Below, piece by piece: positions 18,544-28,029 of a DNA stretch of 64,000 nt. Within the stretch, counting starts at the first letter, position 1. The number at the start of each line of letters is the position of its first letter. The translations under genes were made by a program, and so were the position numbers. The notes under the pieces were generated by a model. The model saw only the letters and a program-made list of their open reading frames with translations. It did no database searches and was not told the origin of the DNA. This DNA comes from an uncultured Acidimicrobiales bacterium (lineage in GTDB: Bacteria > Actinomycetota > Acidimicrobiia > Acidimicrobiales > SHLQ01): the NCBI GenBank assembly GCA_938015295.1, contig CALLQB010000003.1, forward strand, positions 27,640-91,639, in the 5' to 3' direction.

Positions 18544-19740
18544 TTAGCCGGGCCAATCGTTGGTGTCTTGAGTGACGCTGAGATGGAGGCCGTCGCCGGT
18601 CCAGGGGTTGGCTCGGGCGACGGCTTCATCGACCTCGGTGCCTAAGCCGGGACCGGTGAAGGGCGTGATGTGGCCATCGGCCCACTGCACGGGGTTCGTC
18701 AGAATGTCGGCGTGGAAACCACCCCATTCGCCGATGCCCTCAAGCACCAAGAAGTTAGGGATCGTGGCGGCCACGGCAAGGTTGGCTGCGCCAGCGATTG
18801 GGCCACAGTAAAGATGGGGGGCGATCTGGGCGCCGAAGGTTTCTGCGATGGCGGCAATCTTCTTACCGGCGGTGATGCCCCCGGCACGCGCGAGGTTTGG
18901 CTGAAGGATCGACGCCGCACCGAGAGTCAACAATCGCTGAAACTCGACGATGCTGGTGAGTCGCTCGCCAGTCGCGACAGGGATCGAGGTGTGCCGGGCG
19001 ACTTCGGCCATTGCCTCGGGAATGTCGGGCGGACATGGCTCCTCGAACCACAACGGCGACCAAGGTTCCAGCCGTTGTGCGAGGCGAATCGCTCCTGACG
19101 GCGTGAACTGCCCATGGGTGCCGAAGAGCAGATCGGCTCGCGGGCCAACCGCCTCGCGGATCTGCCGGACGAACGCCTCAGAGCGGTCGAGCTCGTTTTG
19201 TGATGGCTGGCGCGGGCCAACGGCACGGTACGGGCCCGCCGGGTCGAACTTGATGGCTGTGTGGCCAGCGTCGACGTATTCGACTGCGCGCGCAGCCGCG
19301 AGCCCCGGATCGTCGTAGACCGACTCGTCCTCGCCGTCGGCGGGGTACAGGTAGGTATACCCGCGAACCCGGTCGCGGACGAGGCCGCCCAGAAGGTCGG
19401 TGACATTGCGGTCGACCTCTTTCCCCACGATGTCCCACGACGCCATATCGAAAGCGCTGATGATGCCACCCAACGTCACATCTGGTCGCTGTGTGAAGCC
19501 CAGCGAATACAGCAGGCGCGTGCGCTCTTCAATCCGGAACGGATCGGTGCCCTTCACCCGCCGATCGAAAACGTCGGCGACCAATGCTTCGATGGTTTCG
19601 GTGCCGAACGGCGGCGAGTACACCTCGCCCCACCCGGTGGCACCGGTGTCGGTGGAAAGCTTGACAAAGACGAAGTACCGCCCGCCATAGCTAGGTGGCG
19701 GGTTCGCCACGACAAAGGTCTCGACGTCGGTGAACAACAT
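18544..19740 (-). CDS. enolase-superfamily enzyme (mandelate racemase/muconate lactonizing enzyme family; sugar-acid dehydratase-like)
   Basis: 398 aa. The N-terminal capping-domain segment is VKLSTDTGATGWGEVY. The barrel motifs are AIKFDPAG, LWFEEPCPP and IPVATGERL. Confidence 0.85.
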   Translation of the reverse strand: MLFTDVETFVVANPPPSYGGRYFVFVKLSTDTGATGWGEVYSPPFGTETIEALVADVFDRRVKGTDPFRIEERTRLLYSLGFTQRPDVTLGGIISAFDMASWDIVGKEVDRNVTDLLGGLVRDRVRGYTYLYPADGEDESVYDDPGLAAARAVEYVDAGHTAIKFDPAGPYRAVGPRQPSQNELDRSEAFVRQIREAVGPRADLLFGTHGQFTPSGAIRLAQRLEPWSPLWFEEPCPPDIPEAMAEVARHTSIPVATGERLTSIVEFQRLLTLGAASILQPNLARAGGITAGKKIAAIAETFGAQIAPHLYCGPIAGAANLAVAATIPNFLVLEGIGEWGGFHADILTNPVQWADGHITPFTGPGLGTEVDEAVARANPWTGDGLHLSVTQDTNDWPG

Positions 19741-19748
19741 GGCGGCTC

Positions 19749-20840
19749 CTAGGTGTGCGTGGCGTCCATAAGCAGAACGTTGCGGATGACCGCCCCGCCT
19801 GACACGTCAGCGATGGCTTGGTTGATGTCGTCGAGCGAGTACGTGGCGCTCACGAGCTCGTCGAGTTTCAACTTGCCCTCCTGGTACCAACCAATCAACT
19901 TCGGGATATCTCGTTGAATCTGCGAGGTGCCCATCTTTGAACCAACGATGCGTTGGCCAGCAGACGCAATATTCACCGGATCGATCTCGATCTCGTTGTT
20001 GACGGCAGGCATGCCAACGATGATCAGTTCGCCACCCACGTCGACGTAGTCGAGCGCTGCGCTGATCGCTGGCGCTGAACCAACGGTGACAAACACATGG
20101 CTCACGACCGACGAGCCGCCGGTCGCCTCCATGATGACCTCGGTGGCGTTGTCTGGTGTCGCCACATGGGTTGCGCCGAAGTCCTTGGCGATGTCTAGCT
20201 TCTCGGGGGCAAGGTCAATCGCGATGACCGCATGTGCGCCGACGATCGACGCTCCCTGAATCGTGTTGAGTCCGACGCCGCCCGCACCAACGACGACCAC
20301 GGTCGAGTTCGCATCGGCAGACGAGGTATTGGTGACTGCCCCGACACCGGTGATCACTCCGCAGGCCAACAACGACGCGACTGGCCAACTCATGTCGGAG
20401 GGGATCGGCACCACCTGCGAACTGTCAACCACGACCTGCTCGGCGAACGCGCCACAGAGCATTCCGGCAAGGACGTCTTCGCCGTCTGGACCGCTCAATC
20501 TTGGCGCCGCATCGGCCTGATAGGCCTTGGTGCAGAAGACCTCGTTGCCCCGGGAGCATTGCTTGCACTCGCCGCAGGAACGAATGAGTGTTACCACGAC
20601 ATGATCGCCGACCTTGACGCTTTCGACATCGCTGCCCACGGCCTCGACGACGCCTGCCGCCTCATGGCCATAGACAGCGGGCAAGGTGCCGCCCCATTCA
20701 CCGGCAGCGAAATGCATGTCGCTATGGCAAATTGCGCACGCTGCCACGTCGACCTGCACGTCGTCTGGACCGAGTTGGCCGAGAGACACATTCTCGACGA
20801 CTAAGGGTTTGCCGAATTCTCGACACACTGCGGCTCGCAT
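19749..20840 (-). CDS. zinc-dependent alcohol dehydrogenase (MDR family)
   Basis: ORF track 19749..20873 trimmed to MRAAVCREFG. Motifs: CAICHSDMH, GHEAAGVVEAVG, structural-zinc CGECKQCSRG, and Rossmann VVVVGAGGVG. Confidence 0.85.
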   Translation of the reverse strand: MRAAVCREFGKPLVVENVSLGQLGPDDVQVDVAACAICHSDMHFAAGEWGGTLPAVYGHEAAGVVEAVGSDVESVKVGDHVVVTLIRSCGECKQCSRGNEVFCTKAYQADAAPRLSGPDGEDVLAGMLCGAFAEQVVVDSSQVVPIPSDMSWPVASLLACGVITGVGAVTNTSSADANSTVVVVGAGGVGLNTIQGASIVGAHAVIAIDLAPEKLDIAKDFGATHVATPDNATEVIMEATGGSSVVSHVFVTVGSAPAISAALDYVDVGGELIIVGMPAVNNEIEIDPVNIASAGQRIVGSKMGTSQIQRDIPKLIGWYQEGKLKLDELVSATYSLDDINQAIADVSGGAVIRNVLLMDATHT

Positions 20841-20937
20841 TTCTTCAACCTCGTTCGTGCAGGGCCGACTCACGGCGTGAGTTGGCGATGTAGTTGAGGA
20901 ACGCTACCGCTTCGATGTCGCTGCGGCGACGATCTGT

Positions 20938-22083
20938 TCAGCGAAGCTCAGAAAATGGGACGACGGCAGCCTGCGGGGTGACGATGTCGCCCTCGGGAAG
21001 CACAAACCGCCAGAACGCAATGCCGAGGTTTCGGCCCTCGGTATCAATCCAATTCGGGTGGCCGGGGTCTTGGTGAGCAAGAACCATCTTGAACGTGCCA
21101 TCGGGTTCGAGTGTCGTCTGCTTGCGGTTGAGTCCCACCCGGCGGTTGCGGAAGTCGAGCGTTTGCTGCCAACGCGTCCAAAGGCAGAGATAGCCGGCTC
21201 GACACTCGGGCCACTCGCCGGTAATCACCAACGCTTCGTCGTCGGCGATGTAGTACGGCGCGAGAGAGTAGGCAGCGTCGGCAAAGGAGAGGAAGTGGTC
21301 GCCGGGGGGCTGCGGAGGCGGGAACTCGTTGATCGTCGTTCCGGCGAACCCCGGACGTTCCTTGGTGCCGGGGGCTCCCATCTCGATGGTGCGAGCGCTC
21401 AGGAATTTCGCGACCCGTCGGATTCCCTCGGCGATTGAAGCGTCGTTTGGAGGAGCCGGTGCAGGCTGAGGCTGGGTGGTCTCGATAGACAGGTTCACCG
21501 GAAGATTTTCGTCGCTCGCCGCGTATTCCTCGTTCTCGGAGTAGTGGCGAATGGTGAGGCTTGATGCATTGGGGTCGAGTTCAAGCCAGTTGCGTTCTTG
21601 GGGTTCTCCGCCAACAAAGACTTCGAAATTTCCCTCCGCGTCGATGTCGAGATCGGCATCGCCGATTACCCCGGCGGTACGTTCTGGTGTGCCACCGTCG
21701 GACCCGCCGACTTCGACGGTGACCGACAGGTAGACGCCACCGGCCATGTTGCCGCGCACGACGTAGGAGTACTCGGCTGAGACCGGGGCTTCAAAGTACA
21801 GGGCGTCGGGGTTGTCGCCGGTGAACTTGCGAAACGGCGAGACGATCTTGCGAAACTCTGGTGATGAGGGGTCGCGTTCGAACGCGCTGAACAGCCCGCC
21901 CTGGAGCATGTGCATCATCGACCGGTGCGCGCCGGCGACGTCTTCGGGTGATCCGATCATCCATTCGGCGCTGGCGTATCGCCGGTCGACTTCTTCGAGG
22001 GTGTCGATGAGTTCGCGTAGCGCCGTTCGGCTTTGCGAAGCGATTGCCTCTGGTGCAGCGGTGGTGGTTGGTTCTTCAGCCAT
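20938..22083 (-). CDS. DUF1214-like protein of unknown function (paralog of 13552..14784; assignment tentative)
   Basis: 381 aa. It shares its architecture and segments with the other copy: DDEALVITGEWPEC versus [14 protein letters not shown], and GHPNWIDTEGRNLGIAFWRF versus [20 protein letters not shown]. Confidence 0.55.
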   Translation of the reverse strand: MAEEPTTTAAPEAIASQSRTALRELIDTLEEVDRRYASAEWMIGSPEDVAGAHRSMMHMLQGGLFSAFERDPSSPEFRKIVSPFRKFTGDNPDALYFEAPVSAEYSYVVRGNMAGGVYLSVTVEVGGSDGGTPERTAGVIGDADLDIDAEGNFEVFVGGEPQERNWLELDPNASSLTIRHYSENEEYAASDENLPVNLSIETTQPQPAPAPPNDASIAEGIRRVAKFLSARTIEMGAPGTKERPGFAGTTINEFPPPQPPGDHFLSFADAAYSLAPYYIADDEALVITGEWPECRAGYLCLWTRWQQTLDFRNRRVGLNRKQTTLEPDGTFKMVLAHQDPGHPNWIDTEGRNLGIAFWRFVLPEGDIVTPQAAVVPFSELR

Positions 22084-22085
22084 GG

Positions 22086-23357
22086 CTAGTGCTCCTCAGC
22101 GATGTTGTAGTGCTCGACATAGGCGCCAAACTCGTTTCGGACCTGGTCGGGGTCGAGGCCAAAGCGGTCGAAGGTGTAGTCGTGTTTGCCGAATTTTCCC
22201 TTGGGCTTGTTGGCGAGATAGTCGGTGATGATGTTGTCGTGGCCAGCGGGCCACGTCATGTTGAGTCGGTCGTAAATCGATCTGATCGTGGCCGTTGGGT
22301 TGGCCATCAGCGAGCTGAAATGTGAGTCGACGAATCGTTCGGCTGGCAGGTCGCCGTTTGCCCGTTGGCTCATCAGATGTTCGACCATGAACCGGAAACC
22401 GAGGCTGATCATTTGCCCCTGGGCGACCGGATCGACCTCGTCGCTGCGAATCCATCGCAAAACAGTGGTGGTGCTCGCCGCTGACGCTACCCACTTCAGC
22501 GGGTCACGGTGGGTGTTCACGACGTACGCATCGGGGTATTCGTCGAAGAGTTCTTTCATCGACACAAGGTGTCCAGGAGTTTTAAGGAGCCAGTTTGTCG
22601 AGGTGCGGCCGAGCTGTCGGTCTTGCCACTGCAGGGTTTGCAAGAAACGTCGGTGGTCGCTGTACTGGCGAGCGAGCAGTTCTGGATGTTCCTGGGTGAA
22701 CAGGCCGAACAACGGCGTGTTGTATTGCATGCTCCAGTAGCCGGCGTCGAAGTTCAGCGACATGAAGTGCACACACTCGCAGGGCAGATCGTGGCGTAGT
22801 TCGTGCACGGTCATCAGCTCGGGCTGAATGTCGGCCCAGAACTCGTGTTCGGCCTCGCCCATCGCCATGCGTTCCGCGATGTTGTCGGACGTGGGAAGTT
22901 CGCCCGGAGTGTGGGGGAGCGGATGGCTTGCTTCCCACGACATTGGGGCACGCAGGTTCGGGTCGAGTTCGAGAAGCTCAAGGGTGATCGTGGTGCCTGT
23001 GCGAGGTGGGCCGATGACAAAGATTGGGGCGGCGATCTCCTCGTCGAGGATCTCGGGATGGTCATGCCACGCTTTCACCAGACGGAGACGGGTCTGCAAC
23101 ACACGGATTGCTTCTTGCCGTGCAAGTGTGCGGCCGAGGTGGTGCGCGTTACTTTCGGCGTCGATTGCACGAAGTCGCTGCCGCATGGTCTCGACGTAGA
23201 GGTCGTCGCCGACATTGGTCAGACCGGTCGACGATCTCGCGATGGCGAGTAACTCGTCGGGATCGAGTGACACGCCAGCACCGTCGGTGGCCGCGCCCAG
23301 TGCGTTGAACCGGCGGACCCAATCGGGACGTTCATACAAGCTCGCAACCTCTCCCAT
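22086..23357 (-). CDS. cytosolic-type sulfotransferase family protein
   Basis: ORF track 22086..23393; the start is at 23357 (MGEVASLY) or 23393. It has the PAPS 5-prime-phosphosulfate loop IGPPRTGTT and the 3-prime-phosphate motif HRDPLKWVASAAS. Confidence 0.75.
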   Translation of the reverse strand: MGEVASLYERPDWVRRFNALGAATDGAGVSLDPDELLAIARSSTGLTNVGDDLYVETMRQRLRAIDAESNAHHLGRTLARQEAIRVLQTRLRLVKAWHDHPEILDEEIAAPIFVIGPPRTGTTITLELLELDPNLRAPMSWEASHPLPHTPGELPTSDNIAERMAMGEAEHEFWADIQPELMTVHELRHDLPCECVHFMSLNFDAGYWSMQYNTPLFGLFTQEHPELLARQYSDHRRFLQTLQWQDRQLGRTSTNWLLKTPGHLVSMKELFDEYPDAYVVNTHRDPLKWVASAASTTTVLRWIRSDEVDPVAQGQMISLGFRFMVEHLMSQRANGDLPAERFVDSHFSSLMANPTATIRSIYDRLNMTWPAGHDNIITDYLANKPKGKFGKHDYTFDRFGLDPDQVRNEFGAYVEHYNIAEEH

Positions 23358-23423
23358 GCCGCCAACATAGGGAAGACCGGGAAGACCGGCCAATCATGGG
23401 ACTCTGCGGCTAGTTTCGGTTGC

Positions 23424-24158
23424 ATGGAGATCACAGAACAGATACTCGACACCGTGTCCGATGGCGAACCAATGGCCGTGCTGGTCAAGCAGCCAGCCGA
23501 GGCGGGCACCTACCCGACGATTGCCATCTTTCACGACGGACCCGGAATGCGGCCGGCCACCCACGAGTTTGCGGCGAAGCTGGCCGCCGAGGGGTATTGC
23601 GTTGTTGTACCCGATCTGTACCACCGGCAGGGACGCATGATTGGGTATGAACCTGCTGACTTCGCCAAGGATCCGAAACTCGGCGAGACGATGTGGGGGC
23701 TCATCGTGTCGCTGACCGATGACGGCATCCAGAACGACCTCGACGCAGCGCTCGCTGTCGCCGGTGTCGACACCGCCGCCCCCATGGGCGTGCTCGGGTT
23801 CTGTCTCGGTGCCCGCGCGGTGGTGCGAACCATGACCCGTCTTCCTGACCAATTCATCGCCGGCGCTACCTGGCACCCGTCGTTTCTCGCCGACGACTTA
23901 CCCGATTCGCCGCACCTTACCGCTTCGACGATTTCTGGCGATCTTTACATCGGTATCGGTGATGCCGACAAGATCCAGTCGATCGCTATGCATCAACGGT
24001 TCTTCGACGCTGTTGAACCAATGGCCAATATCGAGGTCGAGGTATTTGAGGGCGCTGACCATGGGTACACCTGGCCCGGATATTCGTCGTACCACGAGGT
24101 TGCAGCCGAAACGAGCTGGACCAAGACAATGGCGCTGCTCGAGCGGACACTCGGGTAG
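23424..24158 (+). CDS. dienelactone hydrolase family protein
   Basis: 244 aa. Motifs: IAIFHDGPGMRP, the nucleophile elbow GFCLGAR (Cys type) and a C-terminal GADHGY. Confidence 0.75.
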   Translation: MEITEQILDTVSDGEPMAVLVKQPAEAGTYPTIAIFHDGPGMRPATHEFAAKLAAEGYCVVVPDLYHRQGRMIGYEPADFAKDPKLGETMWGLIVSLTDDGIQNDLDAALAVAGVDTAAPMGVLGFCLGARAVVRTMTRLPDQFIAGATWHPSFLADDLPDSPHLTASTISGDLYIGIGDADKIQSIAMHQRFFDAVEPMANIEVEVFEGADHGYTWPGYSSYHEVAAETSWTKTMALLERTLG

Positions 24159-24186
24159 GTCGGGCCCCAGCTAAGGTACCCACGTC

Positions 24187-25662
24187 ATGTCTCGCCCCCG
24201 CTTGTCGCAACTCGTTTTGGTCGTGCTGTTGCTGGTCTTGTCGGCCTGTTCGAGTACCGCCGCGCCCCGCGGTGAGAGCGATGATGCCAGTGTCCCAAAC
24301 GCAGAAACGGCCGCCGCCGTGGCTGCGAATACCACTGGTGAGGCATCCAGTACGAACGACGAGACCGCGAGTGAAGCCGAAAGCGAGAGTGCCGACGAGC
24401 CAGCAACGCTCGTGCGGTATGAAGAGGGCGACGCCGACTACATCTTCGACCAAGAAGCGCTACACACCTTCGAATTGTCACTTTCCGAAGACGACCTGGC
24501 GTTTCTCGACGCCGACCCAACCGCCGAGGAGTACGTCGAAGGCAGCCTGAGCTTTGAAGACGAAACCGTCGCGAAGGTTGGCATCCGCTACAAAGGGTCG
24601 ATCGGGGCGTTCGTGAACTGTCTGACCGGCGCAAACCCGCTGCAACCCAGTGGCGCGAAGAAGTGCACCAAACTCTCGATGAAGGTGAAGATCAACTGGG
24701 GCGACAACCCCGACCAGAAGTTTTACGGCCTCAAGAAGCTGCAGCTGCACTCGATGAACTTCGACCAGTCGCAGATGCGCGACCGCCTTGGCTATTACCT
24801 CTTTCGAGAGATGGGGGTTCCCGCTCCGAGGGCGACACACGCCCGAGTGATGATCAATGGCGAATACATCGGTTTGTTTGCGCTCATCGAGCAGATCGAT
24901 GGCCGCTTTACTCGCGAGGCCTTCGACGACGGAACGGGCAATCTCTACAAGGAAGTGTGGCCTGTCGATCTCAACGGCGACGTGATCGACGACGACGGAT
25001 TCCGCAAAGGCCTCAAGACCAACGAAGATGAAGATCCTTCGTTTGAGATTCTTCGTTCGTTCGCCGAGGAAGTCGTCTAGGCTGGTGCCGACGGCGCACC
25101 AGCAGTCGTTGAGAAACGGATGGATCTGGAGGAGATCATTTCCTACGTTGTTGTCGACCGTACGATTCGCCACGACGACGGACCCTTCCACTTCTACTGC
25201 TTCCGGACGCCGTGTTTTAACCACAATTACTACTTCTACGAGCAGCCCACCGATCGAACAGTGCATCTCATTGCCTGGGATCTCGACAACGCGTTTGAAA
25301 ACATCGTGCGCGACGCGAATCCCATCACCCCATTGGCAGATGCGTTCGGCGAGACATCTGGCGACTGTAAACCGGTGCCGTATGGTGCCTTCCAAGTGCC
25401 GCAGATCTCGGCGGCATGCGACCCCATTATTGCCGCGTGGGCCACCTTCGACGACGAGTACGATCGCCTGTTGCAGAAGTTTCTCGACGGCCCCTTCTCC
25501 GAAGACAACGTCAATACGATGCTCGACACTTGGAGTGCCCAGATTGCCGAGGCGACAGCAGAAGCTCACGAAACCCATGCCGGGGCGCTAGCGGTAACCA
25601 CTTGGCAAAGCGCCATCACGAGTTTGCAGGCGGCCCTCGAAGTCGCCCGCGCTGGGCAATAG
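24187..25662 (+). pseudogene. CotH-family atypical protein kinase lipoprotein interrupted by a single in-frame TAG (25078..25080)
   Basis: ORFs 24187..25080 and 25120..25662 are in the same frame with one stop between them (...SFAEEVV*AGADGAPAVVEKRMDLEE...). Together they make one CotH domain: KLQLHSMNFDQSQMRDRLGYYLFREMGVP, INGEYIGLFALIEQIDG, NLYKE, HNYYFYEQP...IAWDLDNAF. The signal peptide has the lipobox LVLSAC. Confidence 0.7.
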
Positions 25663-25704
25663 TCACCTTCAACGAGCAAGCGAAAGTTCGGATCACCACA
25701 AGAA

Positions 25705-26265
25705 ATGTCACAACAACTTCTGATTCTCTGCAACGCCGTTGCGGTACTGCTACTGGTCTTCGGGCTGTACTTTCCGCGGTACCGACGAAAAGACATGGTG
25801 GTGTCGATCCTCGGGATCAACGTAGGCGTGCTCGCTGTGGCCACTGTGTTGTCGAAGGCCGATGTGTCAGCTGGTCTTGGTCTTGGGCTCTTTGGTGTCT
25901 TGTCGATCATCCGGCTGCGGTCACGTGAACTCGACCAGGAAGAGGTCGCGTACTACTTCGCGGCCCTTGCGCTCGGACTCCTCGGTGGGATTGCCGTGCA
26001 GCCCGAGTGGCTCACTCCTGCGCTGATGACAGCGATCGTGGTCGCCCTGTTCATCGGTGGCCATCCGGCGCTCTTCGCCGATGCCCGAAGCCAATCGGTC
26101 ACCCTTGACGCGGCAATTACCGATGAAGATGAGCTCACCGCCCGCCTCGAGGCATTGCTTGGGGGCAGCGTGCAGAAGATAAAGGTGCGGCGAGTCGACC
26201 TGGTCAACGACACCACCGTCGTCGACGTTCGATTCTCACTCGACCGCAAGAGTCGCGGTTCGTGA
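25705..26265 (+). CDS. DUF4956-type small membrane protein
   Basis: 186 aa with 4-5 hydrophobic helices followed by a ~70-aa soluble tail. The segment GLGLGLFGVLSIIRLRS..LDQEEVAYYF matches my memory of DUF4956. The stop overlaps the next start (GTGA at 26262..26265). Confidence 0.65.
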   Translation: MSQQLLILCNAVAVLLLVFGLYFPRYRRKDMVVSILGINVGVLAVATVLSKADVSAGLGLGLFGVLSIIRLRSRELDQEEVAYYFAALALGLLGGIAVQPEWLTPALMTAIVVALFIGGHPALFADARSQSVTLDAAITDEDELTARLEALLGGSVQKIKVRRVDLVNDTTVVDVRFSLDRKSRGS

Positions 26266-27065
26266 CCGGAAAAGACTTCGCACGAGCCGGCGCGTTAGCT
26301 GCGCAGCTTGGTCGACGCGACACCGTATCGCTTGCTGAGCTGAACGAAGTCGCCGAGTTGCAGACCCGCGTCGACCGCAAGTACATCGTCAACGATGCGG
26401 TTGCGCAGAAAATGCTTGCCGATCTTCCGGACAAGATTCGGGTGCTCGAGATCGGGGGCGACCGCTCTTTTTCGTACGAATCGGTGTACTTCGATACAGA
26501 AGATTTCGATCTCTACCTTGCGACCGCCCACCGACGTCGACGCCGGTACAAGGTGCGCACTCGGGTCTACCAGAACTCGGGCACCGCTCGCCTCGAGGTG
26601 AAAACCAAGGGAGGTCGAGGTTTGACCATCAAACAGAGCGTCGCGTATGACCCCGCAGACGCCCGCCGTCTCACCAGCGAGGGACAGGCCTTTGTCGACA
26701 GCGTCGTTGCTCGTGACGGAGCCGCAGCTGTGCTGCGCCCAACGTTGACGACGCAGTACGAACGGGCGACACTGCTCAACGCCGACAACGGTGCACGCCT
26801 CACTATCGACCAAAACCTTGTTTGCACCGATTGGCAGCCGAGCTCGGTTCGCCTCGAAGCGGTCGTGCTCGAGACCAAGTCGCCTGGCAAAGCGAGCGCG
26901 TTCGACCGTTGGTTATGGGTTGAGGGTCACCGCCCCGCCAAGCTGAGCAAGTTCTGTACCGGTCTGGCTGCACTGCACCGCGAGCTTCCCTCGAACAAGT
27001 GGCACCGTACCTTGCGGCGCCACTTTGGCACCCCGACCCATCACGCATCCCAAGGACTTTCATGA
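26262..27065 (+). CDS. VTC-domain (triphosphate tunnel, polyphosphate-polymerase-type) protein
   Basis: 267 aa. It has the alternating charged beta-strand motifs of tunnel metalloenzymes: RVDRKY, SVYFDT, RRYKVRTRVY, ARLEVKTKG, ARLTIDQNL, VVLETKSPG. Confidence 0.75.
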   Translation: MTGKDFARAGALAAQLGRRDTVSLAELNEVAELQTRVDRKYIVNDAVAQKMLADLPDKIRVLEIGGDRSFSYESVYFDTEDFDLYLATAHRRRRRYKVRTRVYQNSGTARLEVKTKGGRGLTIKQSVAYDPADARRLTSEGQAFVDSVVARDGAAAVLRPTLTTQYERATLLNADNGARLTIDQNLVCTDWQPSSVRLEAVVLETKSPGKASAFDRWLWVEGHRPAKLSKFCTGLAALHRELPSNKWHRTLRRHFGTPTHHASQGLS

Positions 27066-27991
27066 CCCTCGTTGTTTTCACCACCTGTAACCCGTGGATT
27101 CAGGAGGTGGTCGACGAGGTAAAACCCGATGGGTTCGACGTCGAATTCGTTGATAGTGACGACGCCGATGCGGTGGCAGAGGCGTTCCCGCGAGCTGACT
27201 TTGTGGTGTGTCTAAAGATGTCAGCCGATCAAGCCCGTTTGCTCGATCGTTGCCGGCTCGTCATGCACAACGGCGTTGGCTACGACGCTATAGCTATCGA
27301 GACCCTTTCGGAGATGAATATTCCGGTGGCGGCCACCCCGGCGATGACTGCTGAGGGAGTCGCCGAGCACGTGTTGATGATGGTGCTTGCCCTGAACAAG
27401 CAACTGCCAGCCGTGCGCGAAAGCATGAGCAGCGGCGAGTGGAATATGTTCGGCTGGCGGCAGGGATCGCACAACCTCGCCGGCAAGACGATGGGAATCG
27501 TCGGTCTGGGCCGCATCGGGACTCGAGTGGCGCATCTGGCCGAGGCCTTCGATTGTCGAGTGCTCTACACCGACATCGAAACCAAGGACAGCCCCTTTGA
27601 ACGGGTCGCCTTCGGTCAGCTATTGGCCGAAGCCGATGTGGTGACGCTGCATGTGCCACTTACCGAATCCACCACGAAGATGGTGGGCACTGCTGAGTTC
27701 GCGCAAATGAAGGCCGGTTCGTTGTTCATCAATGCCAGCCGGGGGCCAACCACCGATCTGGACGCGCTTGTCGCAGCAATAACGTCTGGGCATCTCCGCG
27801 GGGCAGGTGTCGATGTCTTCGACCCAGAGCCGCCACCGAGCGATCATCCGGTTCTGCAGCTGCCGAATGTGATCTGCACGCCGCACATCGCAAGTGGCAC
27901 CGTCGAACGGCAGTACGCGATCAACACCGATCAATTCGCGAACTGTCTTCGTGTGCTGGCTGGTCAACCGGCGCACGATCTGATCAGCTAG
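27062..27991 (+). CDS. D-isomer-specific 2-hydroxyacid dehydrogenase (phosphoglycerate dehydrogenase-like)
   Basis: ORF track 26999..27991 trimmed to MTLVVFTT; the ATG overlaps the VTC stop (ATGA). Motifs: NAD motif GIVGLGRIGTRVA, NASRG, and TPHIAS. Confidence 0.9.
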   Translation: MTLVVFTTCNPWIQEVVDEVKPDGFDVEFVDSDDADAVAEAFPRADFVVCLKMSADQARLLDRCRLVMHNGVGYDAIAIETLSEMNIPVAATPAMTAEGVAEHVLMMVLALNKQLPAVRESMSSGEWNMFGWRQGSHNLAGKTMGIVGLGRIGTRVAHLAEAFDCRVLYTDIETKDSPFERVAFGQLLAEADVVTLHVPLTESTTKMVGTAEFAQMKAGSLFINASRGPTTDLDALVAAITSGHLRGAGVDVFDPEPPPSDHPVLQLPNVICTPHIASGTVERQYAINTDQFANCLRVLAGQPAHDLIS

Positions 27992-28029
27992 GGCAACGAA
28001 GCAGGTAACGCTACGGCACGGAGATCTCC

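Noticed and set aside
25078-25080. Pyrrolysine decoding of the amber codon in CotH, prompted by the MttB-family gene in the same window
   Set aside because: The MttB homolog itself has no in-frame TAG (non-Pyl type). No pylS/pylT/pylBCD-like genes are visible. CotH is not a known Pyl protein. A nonsense mutation or sequencing error is far more likely.
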